A stretch of DNA of 64,000 nt from Candidatus Doudnabacteria bacterium (GTDB lineage Bacteria; Patescibacteriota; Doudnabacteria; UBA920), in assembly GCA_963837465.1 (NCBI GenBank), contig CAWINB010000001.1, positions 501,646 through 565,645 of the forward strand, in the 5' to 3' direction. The notes under the pieces are model-generated. The model saw only the letters and a list, made by a program, of their open reading frames with translations. It was not told the origin of the DNA and ran no database searches. Made by a program: the position numbers and the translations under genes. The first letter of the stretch is position 1. Each line of letters starts with the position of its first letter. This document shows, in pieces, positions 1 to 9,424 of this stretch.

Positions 1-278
1 ATGAAGCCTTTGGCAAACTCCCCGCAGGAGCTTTAGACGGCTTGCTAAAAGACAAAGTAAAACTAACCGCTGTCCTTAGCTATCATGTTGTAGCCGGAAA
101 ATTAACAGCCAAAGACCTTAATGACGAATCAGCTGCCAAGACTGAGCAGGGTACAAATATAGCCATTACCGAAAAAGGCGGCATGATTCTGATTAACAAT
201 GCCAAAATTTTACAGACGGACATTGAATGCACCAATGGCATAATTCATGTTATTGATACAGTGTTAATGCCGAAATAA
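1..278 (+). CDS. Fasciclin (FAS1) domain protein, 5'-partial
   Basis: Frame is open from the window start (EAFGKLPAGALDGLLKD..); LSYHVV and NGIIHVIDTVL motifs. Confidence 0.9.
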   Translation, partial: EAFGKLPAGALDGLLKDKVKLTAVLSYHVVAGKLTAKDLNDESAAKTEQGTNIAITEKGGMILINNAKILQTDIECTNGIIHVIDTVLMPK

Positions 279-302
279 TTTTATAAAAGAAAGGAATTAT
301 CT

Positions 303-548
303 ATGTGGCACAATTATGCAATTTTACCGTTTTCTCCAGGTGTAAGAATTTTGTTGGCTCTTGTAGTAATTTGGAGTTTGATTTGGAAAGGCATCGCCTT
401 GTGGAAAGCTGCCCGTAACTCCCAAACCGCGTGGTATGTCATTTTGCTTATCGTAAATACCGCAGGCATTTTGGAAATAGTATATATTGTTTTCTTTAGC
501 AAAAAGGGTTCTTCCGGTAATCATCAGACACCGCAGACCCTGGTTTAA
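303..548 (+). CDS. Small membrane protein (DUF5652-like)
   Basis: WSLIWKGIALWKAARN..W..NTAGILEIVY pattern; AAGGA upstream. Confidence 0.75.
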   Translation: MWHNYAILPFSPGVRILLALVVIWSLIWKGIALWKAARNSQTAWYVILLIVNTAGILEIVYIVFFSKKGSSGNHQTPQTLV

Positions 549-596
549 CAAAATCGCAAAGAAGCCAAATAGAAGCCCAATTAAAAAGGAGAATTT

Positions 597-758
597 ATGA
601 GCAAAGCATTCAAGAAAAAAGTGCTAAAAATGCACCATACGATTAAAGAACTCGGGCACAAAGTTCAAAAAATTAACGAGCCGTTTTTAATGCTGGCTGA
701 ACCACAAAATTTACTTAGCTTGCAATATACCAACCTAAAAACAGATAGTGATGAATAA
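597..758 (+). CDS. Small hypothetical protein (53 aa, not in ORF track)
   Basis: AAGGAG upstream of ATG597; MSKAFKKKVLKMHH..SDE*. Confidence 0.45.
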   Translation: MSKAFKKKVLKMHHTIKELGHKVQKINEPFLMLAEPQNLLSLQYTNLKTDSDE

Positions 759-799
759 GGCTAGGCTTTTGCATCCGTAAGTATAACTAAATTACATTT

Positions 800-1204
800 A
801 TGAAAGGTTTTAACACAAATATCGAAAAAGGCACTTTGGAAAATAATAATTTCCGCAAAGTTCTATATACTGCCAAACACAGCCAGCTGGTATTAATGTG
901 TTTAAAGCCCCACGAGGAAATCGGCATGGAGGCCCATGAAGACAACGACCAGTTTTTTCGTTTTGAACAGGGGCAGGGCAAATGCGTTATTGACGGAAAC
1001 GAATATACGGTTGCTGACGGTTCAGCCATCATAATTCCAGCCGGAGCCGAGCACAACGTTATTAACACTTCAGAAACACAAGAACTTAAGATGTACACCA
1101 TTTATTCTCCGCCCCATCATAAAGACGGCATCGTGCGTACGACCAAACTAGAGGCTGAAGCAAAGGAAAATGACGAAGATTTTGACGGCGTTACGACTGA
1201 ATAA
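800..1204 (+). CDS. Cupin domain protein
   Basis: EIGMEAH..DQFF..G.G and IIIPAGAEHNV motifs. Confidence 0.9.
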   Translation: MKGFNTNIEKGTLENNNFRKVLYTAKHSQLVLMCLKPHEEIGMEAHEDNDQFFRFEQGQGKCVIDGNEYTVADGSAIIIPAGAEHNVINTSETQELKMYTIYSPPHHKDGIVRTTKLEAEAKENDEDFDGVTTE

Positions 1205-1218
1205 GTAATAAAAATTTT

Positions 1219-1458
1219 ATGTATAATATGGATGATAAAGCAGTAAATGAGTTAGCCAAGGGACTGGACAACATTGTCAGAAACGCCAGGACAATAATGG
1301 TAAACCCCGAAGACAACCACAACCGGCTTGAAGATATTATTAGCGTTGCCCAGCTCCAGTTAAAAAATTTGAAATTGGGCAAGTACAGAACAAAGGCAAC
1401 TCAACGTATGGCGAAGCCTCGTTTGGATAAGCCGAATAAAAAATTATGGACGATTTAG
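1219..1458 (+). CDS. Hypothetical protein
   Basis: ORF in a co-directional run of small genes. Confidence 0.5.
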   Translation: MYNMDDKAVNELAKGLDNIVRNARTIMVNPEDNHNRLEDIISVAQLQLKNLKLGKYRTKATQRMAKPRLDKPNKKLWTI

Positions 1459-1700
1459 GAACAAATTCTTCTGATCAAAAACAAATAGGCCACGCTTATA
1501 CTTGGCTTGGCGATCATGGGCAAGTAAGCTACAAGGAATTACAAAAGCTTGCACAGGCCGGCACTTCAGAATCCTTAGAGCGCTTGCATGGATTGGCGGA
1601 GGATAATAATATTCCTTACGACCAGACTACAGACCCTGTACTGTTGGCCGAGGAAATATATAGCGCAACGGAAGCCGATACCAATACTGGCGTAGAATAA
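1446..1700 (+). CDS. Hypothetical protein
   Basis: ORF overlapping the upstream stop. Confidence 0.55.
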   Translation: MDDLGTNSSDQKQIGHAYTWLGDHGQVSYKELQKLAQAGTSESLERLHGLAEDNNIPYDQTTDPVLLAEEIYSATEADTNTGVE

Positions 1701-1747
1701 AAATTTATCATGTCCTTATAACCCGAAACCATTATTTTTCAAACAAT

Positions 1748-1778
1748 ACTCCTTAGAAATCTGAGCTTTCTAAGGAGT
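1748..1778. terminator. Hairpin between convergent genes (probable terminator)
   Basis: ACTCCTTAGAAA-loop-TTTCTAAGGAGT. Confidence 0.55.
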
Positions 1779-1864
1779 TATAGATTTGGCAAAATAAAAA
1801 CTCCTCATCCGAAGACTGATGAAGTCAGACTATATTATAGGAGCCTCTGTATGCAATAAATAAA

Positions 1865-2236
1865 TTAATAACGATTTTTAAATTTATTTAAAATAAGGCC
1901 CGTCAGCCAATAGCAAAGGCGGTAAACTACTGAGCAAATTAAGTCAAAGTATGGATTAAACAAAACTTCCAGACCGTTCACTGTTATAATGATTGCTAAA
2001 ATTCCAAAATAAAATATGTGGTACAACAAACTCCCCAGCGTACCAGTCTCCCCAAGCATAGCTTTAACGGAAGCTATAATTAAGAAAACAAACAGGATCC
2101 CAAATGAATAAGGTAAGTAATGCAACACTGTGGGCATAGCAGCGGCAACGACCGAGCGAAGAAAAGCAATTGAATCCTCGGTAGTGGAAGCTTCAATTTG
2201 CTGGAAAAAGGTTGCTGGAAAAAAAGCTTGTGCCAT
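1865..2236 (-). CDS. Hypothetical membrane protein at the end of the Ubl operon
   Basis: Hydrophobic segments; starts 6 bp after the E1 stop. Confidence 0.6.
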   Translation of the reverse strand: MAQAFFPATFFQQIEASTTEDSIAFLRSVVAAAMPTVLHYLPYSFGILFVFLIIASVKAMLGETGTLGSLLYHIFYFGILAIIITVNGLEVLFNPYFDLICSVVYRLCYWLTGLILNKFKNRY

Positions 2237-2242
2237 ACTCAG

Positions 2243-3052
2243 CTAAATCTTTTTAAATTGTGGGTCGCCAGCTAACTCAATTGGATAATGGTTACAAATT
2301 GAGGGCAACTTGTAACTCAACTGAACATGCGGGGTAAGGGTCAGCTGGTTTCCATCGTAAGATAAATATACCAGTCGATTTTGGATCCGGCTCCAGCCGG
2401 TAATAAGGTCAACGGCAATACCGACTGCGCTAGACGCTAAAATACCGTTTGGCCAGATGACTTGTGGTCGATGGCCAGCGACGCCATATTTGCTAGCCTC
2501 TAAAGCTAAATTATCTTCGGTTATAAATCCAAAACATTTCATACAAAGACTGTCCGGCATAGATAAAATAACCTGCCCTACCATCCGCGGAGGTTGGTCT
2601 TTGACTTGGAAAACGTCCATGCCGATATCAATATAAGGAATAAAATAACGGCGAGCGCAATTCTCCAACTCATCACGTTCTTTGAAGGAGTCAACGCAGC
2701 CAAAAATAATATCACATTTGCGCAATAACTCCGGAGCTTCCTGCCACCGATTGACGATTGTCTGAATTTTAGCTGCCGGCTGAAGTCCTAATATTAGCCG
2801 CTGTGCGATGACAATCTTTAATGCGTTATTATCTACGTCTGCCTTGGTTGCGCCTACTGTCCGGTTTAAATTTGACTCATCAATGGTTTGAGGGTCACAT
2901 AAGACATAATTCAAAAAACCAATGTGGGCCAATTGTTGGACAATGTGGGAGCCGCCTCCGCCCAAACCTATTATGCCAACCGTAGTAGCCGCTATAATTT
3001 CTTCTAACCGCGCGCCGAGAAACGACTGGCGGGAGTACCTGTCTTTAGACAT
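2243..3052 (-). CDS. ThiF/E1-like ubiquitin-activating enzyme
   Basis: RYSRQ, GLGGGGS, SNLNR, GCVDS..R, CMKC; start placed at MSKDRYSRQ. Confidence 0.9.
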   Translation of the reverse strand: MSKDRYSRQSFLGARLEEIIAATTVGIIGLGGGGSHIVQQLAHIGFLNYVLCDPQTIDESNLNRTVGATKADVDNNALKIVIAQRLILGLQPAAKIQTIVNRWQEAPELLRKCDIIFGCVDSFKERDELENCARRYFIPYIDIGMDVFQVKDQPPRMVGQVILSMPDSLCMKCFGFITEDNLALEASKYGVAGHRPQVIWPNGILASSAVGIAVDLITGWSRIQNRLVYLSYDGNQLTLTPHVQLSYKLPSICNHYPIELAGDPQFKKI

Positions 3053-3545
3053 ATGAAATTGAAGGATAGCCAATAATTGATATTTTACTAACCAAAACTG
3101 ACATGTGGCTGCCTGGAAACCAGGCATGACACAGTACATTATTGGAGCTTAATAACATTAATCCATGTGGTGCGTCGGGGCCAACCACTTGGAAACTGGG
3201 TATTAACGGGAGAATCCCGGCGATGTCAGTACCGCTGGGTTGTGGTTTACCAAAACCTGGGTGTAGGTGGACATGGAAGGCGCAAGCTCCTGTGTCCAAA
3301 ATTTTTTGCATTACCGCACGTATTGCCGCCGTGTTAATATGTGCGCCAACGGTGTTGTCAAACACATAATTTTTATCCGGAACCGGCCAATATTCGGTAA
3401 ATAATAAAAATTTTTCATCAGGGGAGACGGTGCCGATGCGGGCAAAGGCAAAACCAACCCGTTCGTGTGCAATTGGGTGCGGCCTTTGTAGATCCATTAG
3501 CATCTTATTGTACAGCGGCGCTGTTAATTTTGCCCTAACTATCAT
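3045..3545 (-). CDS. JAB/JAMM metallopeptidase
   Basis: N-terminal E (HERVG) and HLH..PSGTD JAMM motif. Confidence 0.85.
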   Translation of the reverse strand: MIVRAKLTAPLYNKMLMDLQRPHPIAHERVGFAFARIGTVSPDEKFLLFTEYWPVPDKNYVFDNTVGAHINTAAIRAVMQKILDTGACAFHVHLHPGFGKPQPSGTDIAGILPLIPSFQVVGPDAPHGLMLLSSNNVLCHAWFPGSHMSVLVSKISIIGYPSISYV

Positions 3546-3892
3546 GAATGAGGAGTTAAATGATCTGAGAGTATTTGGGCTAGGCGTAGATTCTCCTGCC
3601 TTGTCTTCCAGGAAATTGCATGCCAGTTTTTTTCTAAGATTCTTACCCCATCAGCGTTCCAATTCGGGTTTTGTAGTCCCGGAAATCTGACTTTTTGGGA
3701 GAAGAATATTCTAGATAAGTAGCCGTCACGGGGCTCAGGGCAAAGTAAAGCGTCTACGGTATCCGGCGTAGACCCTTCACAAAGCTTTAGCTGCTGTAGT
3801 AGGATGTAAGTAAGGCCACCTTCTTCCGCTATGGATAAGGTGGAACAGAATGGCTTCAACTCTTCGAGTTGGTCGGTTGGTAAATTGCGCAT
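3542..3892 (-). CDS. Prokaryotic E2/UBC-like protein
   Basis: DALLCPEPRDGYLSRIFF..WN..W..ISW; lies between Ubl and JAB. Confidence 0.65.
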   Translation of the reverse strand: MRNLPTDQLEELKPFCSTLSIAEEGGLTYILLQQLKLCEGSTPDTVDALLCPEPRDGYLSRIFFSQKVRFPGLQNPNWNADGVRILEKNWHAISWKTRQENLRLAQILSDHLTPHS

Positions 3893-3896
3893 AGGT

Positions 3897-4151
3897 TTAG
3901 GAAGATGAACTGCCTTTAGGGTGACTTATAAAAATTTCCCCACCTTTGATGTCGACCGTACCATCATCAGGCAATAACTTTAACTTGCCGTCGATGTTTT
4001 CCAGCAAGTCATCGGCCAGGGGGACGTGGCCGAGCTCTTTCAGTCCTTCCACTTTGTGTGGACCGCGACGGACGCGATAGTCTGTCCCATTAATTTTAAT
4101 TTCCACTAACTCTGGTTTGGGCTCAAGCCCGTTGTCTGTTTCTTGGGTCAT
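3897..4151 (-). CDS. Ubiquitin-like (multi-ubiquitin-type beta-grasp) protein
   Basis: VEIKING..G..V..LK..VDIKGGEIFISHPKGSSSS; first gene of the operon. Confidence 0.75.
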   Translation of the reverse strand: MTQETDNGLEPKPELVEIKINGTDYRVRRGPHKVEGLKELGHVPLADDLLENIDGKLKLLPDDGTVDIKGGEIFISHPKGSSSS

Positions 4152-4212
4152 ATTTATCCCAGTGCTCCTAAATATTTAGTTATAAGGGTGGGAGCGACGC
4201 CGATATATACTT

Positions 4213-4355
4213 ATTTTACTAGTGGGACTTTAAAAAGTCAATAATAACTATGTCAACTACATAAACATAGTAAATAGAGGCCTTTTGCTGTGCCTGTAAC
4301 AAGTTATCCACAGATACGTTTATATAATTGACTCCCCTTGTTAAAATGTTATAAT
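4213..4355. promoter_or_regulatory. Divergent sigma70-like promoters with candidate operator palindrome
   Basis: Minus TTGACT-17-TAAAAT (4241-4213); plus TTGACT-16-TATAAT (4328-4355); ACTATGT-N11-ACATAGT at 4247-4271. Confidence 0.6.
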
Positions 4356-4363
4356 AAAATTAC

Positions 4364-4729
4364 ATGATTCTTGAAGAAAAGCTTTACGAAATTATTGGAG
4401 AACGGCTCGCAGCACGGCGCAAGGAAATTAACATGACCCAAGATGCCATTGCCGAAGCAGTTGAACTAGAGCGCACCTCCATCACCAATATTGAAGCGGG
4501 CAGGCAAAAGGCTCCTTTGAGCTTGTTGTATAGACTTTGTGCTGCTCTGAAGGTTGACCCTCTTACAATTTTGCCCACAAACAAGGAAGTGGCGGATGAC
4601 CGCACCGTGACTTTTGGCGTTGGCGAAAAAAAGGAGGAGATCCCGGTTAGCGTCAGTGGCATAAATGCGGATATCTCTGATCAGATGCATAAAAATATAG
4701 GACAACTTTTGGATAAAATTAATAAATAG
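4364..4729 (+). CDS. XRE-family HTH transcriptional regulator
   Basis: MTQDAIAEAVELERTSITNIEAGRQ HTH. Confidence 0.9.
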   Translation: MILEEKLYEIIGERLAARRKEINMTQDAIAEAVELERTSITNIEAGRQKAPLSLLYRLCAALKVDPLTILPTNKEVADDRTVTFGVGEKKEEIPVSVSGINADISDQMHKNIGQLLDKINK

Positions 4730-4736
4730 AAAAAAT

Positions 4737-5258
4737 ATGTCTATCAGAGCAAAGCAAATGGCAAAAAAAATTCTTGCGGAATCTAACAGCAAAGCGCCGG
4801 TGGATGTTGAAGCCTTGGCTAAAACTCATGGCATTCCGGTAGAGCAACAGGCTTATGACGACGAAGTATCAGGAATGTTAGTCGTAAAAGACGGTAAAGC
4901 TATTATTAGTATCAATAAAAAGCATTCTGATAATCGAAAACGTTTTTCAATCGCTCACGAGCTCGGACATTATTTTTTACATAAAAATTTAGCTAATGTT
5001 TTTGTAGATAAATCAATAGTTTTTTTGCGTGATAAAAAGGCTTCTGACGGGACGCAATTACAAGAAATTGAAGCAAATGTTTTTGCTGCAGAGCTGTTAA
5101 TGCCGGAAAGTGATTTACGAGCAAAGGTTAAAAAGAACCCTTTAGATTTAGAAAATCCAAAAGATTTTAAAAAATTAGAGAGTATTGCCAAAAAATTTAA
5201 AGTTAGCTCTCAGGCGCTCACGATTCGTTTAACCCGGCTCGGCTTAGTTACAGCCTAG
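4737..5258 (+). CDS. ImmA/IrrE-family Zn metallopeptidase
   Basis: RFSIAHELGH and EIEANVFAAELLMP. Confidence 0.92.
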   Translation: MSIRAKQMAKKILAESNSKAPVDVEALAKTHGIPVEQQAYDDEVSGMLVVKDGKAIISINKKHSDNRKRFSIAHELGHYFLHKNLANVFVDKSIVFLRDKKASDGTQLQEIEANVFAAELLMPESDLRAKVKKNPLDLENPKDFKKLESIAKKFKVSSQALTIRLTRLGLVTA

Positions 5259-5261
5259 TTT

Positions 5262-5483
5262 TTGACATAAGCGCTTGCTGAGGTGTATAATAATTTTATC
5301 TAATAGTGTACGGGATGAGTTTGGGGGTTAATCAGGTCGATCTTTAGCCACAAACTCTAGCACCCTTACTGCTTCAACTACGAAAGAAATAATAAAAAAT
5401 AAAATATCTATTAACGAAATAAGTTAATGGTCATATAACAACCTAAATAAAATCCTTCCCCATCTTAGATGGAAGGTGTTTTT
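5262..5483 (+). promoter_or_regulatory. Promoter and conserved structured leader of terminase module 1
   Basis: TTGACA-18-TATAAT; long hairpin; AAATAATAAAAAATAAAATATC shared with 56299-56320; terminator-like hairpin plus T-tract. Confidence 0.6.
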
Positions 5484-5539
5484 GATTTGTAATCAAACTC
5501 CATAATAAAATATAAAATATTCAACTAACTTAAACTAAT

Positions 5540-6892
5540 ATGTCAAAACTTAATAATGTGACAGATAAAATCGCGGTGGAATACGTGGCGCTTAGTTCAT
5601 TGCGCTCACCTGAGATTAACCCTCGTCAGTGGACAAAAGAAGCAACTGCCCAGTTGGAAGAAAGTATAACTTCGTTTGGCGTGATTGATCCATTGTTAGT
5701 AAATAGCGCCCCAAAGCGCAAAGGTGTCATTATTGGCGGCAATTTCCGGGCTAAAGTTGCAAAAAAGCTTGGCATTAAAGAAGTGCCGGTAGTGTGGATT
5801 AATATTCCTGATTTGAAAAGGGAAACCGAGCTTTTGCTGAGAATGAATCGTAACGTCGGGGACTGGTCCTACTCCCTGTTGGCGGAGTTTGACCCGGATC
5901 TTCTTAAAAGTGTCGGTTTTTCTAGTGTGGAGATGGATAATATTTTTGCTATAGACGATACCCCGGAACAGTTCGACCTTCAGAAGGAATTGGCCAAGCT
6001 CGATATAAAAAAGGTTACTATTAAAAAGGGCGAGATTTATGAAATCGCCGGGTGCCGGTGCATGTGCGGCGATTCAACTGTGGAGAGCGACGTGTTAAAA
6101 CTTTACGGCAAGGAGCGTGCCGATTTAATTTTAACGGACCCTCCTTACCGACTTTCCTATCTAAAAGCCGGTAAGCGCGGAGGTAAACCAGTTGAAGGCT
6201 TTGGAGCTAAAAAGAACCGCAAATATTTGGAAACCGACGAATTACCCGCCGATTTTACCGAACGCTGGATGTCTAATATGGCAAAAGTAGTCAAAAAGGA
6301 TTTCCAGATTATTTGCTATGAAAACTGGAAGAACATTCGGGAAATTTGGAACTGTATGGAGCAGCAGGGATGGAAAGTCAAAAATATGCTGGTCTGGCAT
6401 GTGCCTACAAGGAATCAGGGTTTTGCGGGCAAGCATAAGTTCTTTTCCAAGCACGATATCGCAATTGTAGGGGCTGCTGATAAGTTAAAATTCAACTTTG
6501 AGAAAGAGGCGGGCGAACTGCAAAATGATTATGAGACGGCGTTGTATGCTATTTCGGGAAAACCGTTTTGGGAATCTTACCAGAAAGGTAAGAAATACTG
6601 CCCAACCGATTTCCTGGAATTCAACGCCGCGGATAAAAAATCATCAGGGCAGGCCATCATATTCGGAGTTAAACCGGTGGAAATTTTACTTCCTTATGCC
6701 AAAGTGTTATCCCAAAGAGGCGACATTATTGCCGAACCTTTCGGCGGTAGCGGTTCTACGGCCGCAACCGCCATTCGGCTACACCGCCGCTGTTTTTTGA
6801 TGGAAAAATCCCCAGTGTACCTTTCAGTCATATTGAACCGGCTAGAAAGATTAAGCGGGCAGAAAGCGCAGAGGGTCTATGCAGAAAAGTAA
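5540..6892 (+). CDS. ParB-like N-terminal domain + N4/N6 DNA methyltransferase (copy 1)
   Basis: NPR..IIGGNFR ParB-like region; TDPPY; EPFGGSGST. Confidence 0.9.
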   Translation: MSKLNNVTDKIAVEYVALSSLRSPEINPRQWTKEATAQLEESITSFGVIDPLLVNSAPKRKGVIIGGNFRAKVAKKLGIKEVPVVWINIPDLKRETELLLRMNRNVGDWSYSLLAEFDPDLLKSVGFSSVEMDNIFAIDDTPEQFDLQKELAKLDIKKVTIKKGEIYEIAGCRCMCGDSTVESDVLKLYGKERADLILTDPPYRLSYLKAGKRGGKPVEGFGAKKNRKYLETDELPADFTERWMSNMAKVVKKDFQIICYENWKNIREIWNCMEQQGWKVKNMLVWHVPTRNQGFAGKHKFFSKHDIAIVGAADKLKFNFEKEAGELQNDYETALYAISGKPFWESYQKGKKYCPTDFLEFNAADKKSSGQAIIFGVKPVEILLPYAKVLSQRGDIIAEPFGGSGSTAATAIRLHRRCFLMEKSPVYLSVILNRLERLSGQKAQRVYAEK

Positions 6893-7328
6893 AAGGCAGG
6901 AAACAATCATCAAACGCCAGGCCAGGGAAAAATCCGCACTGTTGGAAAAATTTCGGCGCATGCCTATCTTACAGATTGCTTTGGATCAGACCAGAGTCAG
7001 CCGAAGCACCTATTATAGGTGGCTCGATGAAGACGAGCAGTTTAAAACTAATGCCGCAGAATCGATCGCTGAAGGCGAGCAGTTTATAACCGAGCTCAGT
7101 GAATCAAAATTATTGTCGCTAATAAACAAGGAACATTTTCCGGCCATACATTTGTGGCTCCGCTCACATCATTCTAAATATGCCAACAAGCTGGAACTGT
7201 CGGGAAGCATCAAACAACCTCGGGACGAAATGAATGAGGAAGAGTTCGGCATGTTCGCTCAGGCTCATAGTTTGTCCGGCTTTTCGCTGCCGCCGGATTT
7301 TGAAATAAAAAATAAAAAATTAAATTAA
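6879..7328 (+). CDS. HTH protein, putative terminase small subunit (copy 1)
   Basis: IALDQTRVSRSTYYRW HTH; directly upstream of TerL. Confidence 0.65.
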   Translation: MQKSKRQETIIKRQAREKSALLEKFRRMPILQIALDQTRVSRSTYYRWLDEDEQFKTNAAESIAEGEQFITELSESKLLSLINKEHFPAIHLWLRSHHSKYANKLELSGSIKQPRDEMNEEEFGMFAQAHSLSGFSLPPDFEIKNKKLN

Positions 7329-7340
7329 GTCTGTAACCAT

Positions 7341-9413
7341 ATGATGCTAGAAAACTCTGGCTTCGTCATGGAAGCCATCAGGAGTAACCGACTGATAAGA
7401 CGTAAATTCGCCAAACACAGCCATCCGTTGTTTTTCTTAATTTACCTGTCCCGGTATATTAAGAAACCAACAGCCGCTTTTCAGCGGGAAATATTCTCCA
7501 TAACCTCCAATAAAAAACTGGACTTTATTGTCATCACGGCCTTTCGCGGCTCCGCCAAGTCCACGATCTGTACCACATCTCTGCCCATTTACTCCATAAT
7601 CAGCGGCAAGGCGCACAACATAGTCATCGCCAGCCAAACCCAGCTCCAAGCCCGCTCCCACTTGGCCGACATTAAAGCCGAGTTGGAAAGCAACGAACTT
7701 TTGGCCAACGACCTTGGACCATTTAAGGAAACGTCGGATCAATGGGGTGCTTACGCTTTGACCTTCAAAGATTATGACGCCCGCATTATGTGCGTGTCCA
7801 CGGAAACCGCTGTGCGCGGCATTAAGTTTAAAGAGTACCGTCCGGATTTAATAATCCTGGACGACATTGAGGATATTAATTCCACCCGAACCAAAGAAGC
7901 AAGGGACAAAATTCACGCCTGGTTTACCGGCGAGATTATTCCGCTGGGCGACCCCGCTACTAAAATTATCGTGCTTGGAAATTTCCTTCACGAGTACTCT
8001 TTAGTCGGCAGATTGAGGTCGGAAATTCAAAGCGGAAAACGCTCCGGTGTATTTAAGTGCTATCCGCTTGTGGACGACGACGGTAATTGTTTGTGGCCGG
8101 GCATGTATCCAACGCCCGAAGCTGTGGAAACCCAAAGGCGCAAGATAAATGACGAGCCTACGTGGCAGCGAGAATACTGCCTTAAAATCATGGAAAGCGA
8201 TGCTAGGCTGATTACGTTAGAACAAATGCACTTCTATGACAAGGTGCCGCCTAAGGATCAATACCACGGATATCTCTACACCTGGATTGGCACTGACTTT
8301 GCCGTCGGGCAAAACGACTGGAACGACTTTACCGCCGTGGTTACTTTTCAGGTTCACCATTTTAGGGGCAAGCTTCAAATTTATGTCTTACCGGATATTA
8401 TCAACAAGCGTTTGGATTTTGACCAGGCTATCGCGGCCATGCAGCAAATTTTAGATACCGTGGGCGAGCCGGAAAAAACCAAAATGATATTGGAAACTAA
8501 TGGTATTCAACTAGCCTACTACCAGCATATGCTTGGTAAGGGCTACCACCAAGTAGTACCAGTAAAAAGCAGTAACGACAAACTATTCAGAATCCAGCCG
8601 GTTATTAATTTGATTAAAACCGGAGAAATTTTATTGCCGAGAACCGGAGCGCAGGAGTTAATTTATCAGCTGCTGGATTTTCACAATACCATCCACGAAG
8701 ATCTTTGTGACGCTACCTCAATTGCCATAGGCCGGATTATAGAGGACATCACGACCAACAATCGCGGCCAGCGGCCACAGAGCTATTATTACGGCGGCAA
8801 AGACGGCCCGTATGTCAGCGAAGATCGGATAGCTCGGCTTAAAGCGGGTAAATTGGAATTTCCAATCCATAAGGAAGAAGACTGGGTAAAGCTGCGACCT
8901 TGGCAGACGCACCACTTAAACAGCATTCCGGAATATCAAAAAATTTCCAAGTGTAGCATCAACTATGCCCACATGCAGGAAAGTTTCTGTAGCCTGAAGC
9001 AAAAGATATATGACCGCTGGTATTATTACGATAACCTGGAAATGTATAGTGTAGGAGATCATACAGTCGGGCTTGAAGACGTGGAAGCCCCGCGCCTTTA
9101 TATTCTCATGGATCTGAAGTATTTTCCCAAATACTTGCCCTCGCTTATGGATTTATTCGGCCAGCCTTTTGAGCAGGATGAAGGAATGGTGACCTGGAAC
9201 GTTCAGCAGTTTTACCCATCAGAACATGTCATAGAGCTTTATCTGGTAGGTAAAGATTGTAAAGAGGCTCTAACTATAGCGCGCTTCTATAGTGAGCTGG
9301 GTAGACGACATTATTTTAACGTCTCACAAACTGATGGGTCGCTTCGCGATTACGTAAAAAGAAAGTTTGAGTTTATGAATAAAACATTGGCCGCTCGGCC
9401 GCTGTCATTCTAG
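7341..9413 (+). CDS. Terminase large subunit with C-terminal GrpB-like extension (copy 1)
   Basis: AFRGSAKST Walker A, IILDDIE Walker B, GTDFA..DFTA and HEDLCDA nuclease motifs; extra ~190 aa similar to 59771-60307. Confidence 0.85.
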   Translation: MMLENSGFVMEAIRSNRLIRRKFAKHSHPLFFLIYLSRYIKKPTAAFQREIFSITSNKKLDFIVITAFRGSAKSTICTTSLPIYSIISGKAHNIVIASQTQLQARSHLADIKAELESNELLANDLGPFKETSDQWGAYALTFKDYDARIMCVSTETAVRGIKFKEYRPDLIILDDIEDINSTRTKEARDKIHAWFTGEIIPLGDPATKIIVLGNFLHEYSLVGRLRSEIQSGKRSGVFKCYPLVDDDGNCLWPGMYPTPEAVETQRRKINDEPTWQREYCLKIMESDARLITLEQMHFYDKVPPKDQYHGYLYTWIGTDFAVGQNDWNDFTAVVTFQVHHFRGKLQIYVLPDIINKRLDFDQAIAAMQQILDTVGEPEKTKMILETNGIQLAYYQHMLGKGYHQVVPVKSSNDKLFRIQPVINLIKTGEILLPRTGAQELIYQLLDFHNTIHEDLCDATSIAIGRIIEDITTNNRGQRPQSYYYGGKDGPYVSEDRIARLKAGKLEFPIHKEEDWVKLRPWQTHHLNSIPEYQKISKCSINYAHMQESFCSLKQKIYDRWYYYDNLEMYSVGDHTVGLEDVEAPRLYILMDLKYFPKYLPSLMDLFGQPFEQDEGMVTWNVQQFYPSEHVIELYLVGKDCKEALTIARFYSELGRRHYFNVSQTDGSLRDYVKRKFEFMNKTLAARPLSF

Positions 9414-9424
9414 GCTTGCCAAAA

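Noticed and set aside
4304-4312. DnaA box TTATCCACA suggesting oriC
   Set aside because: Single box with no cluster and no dnaA context
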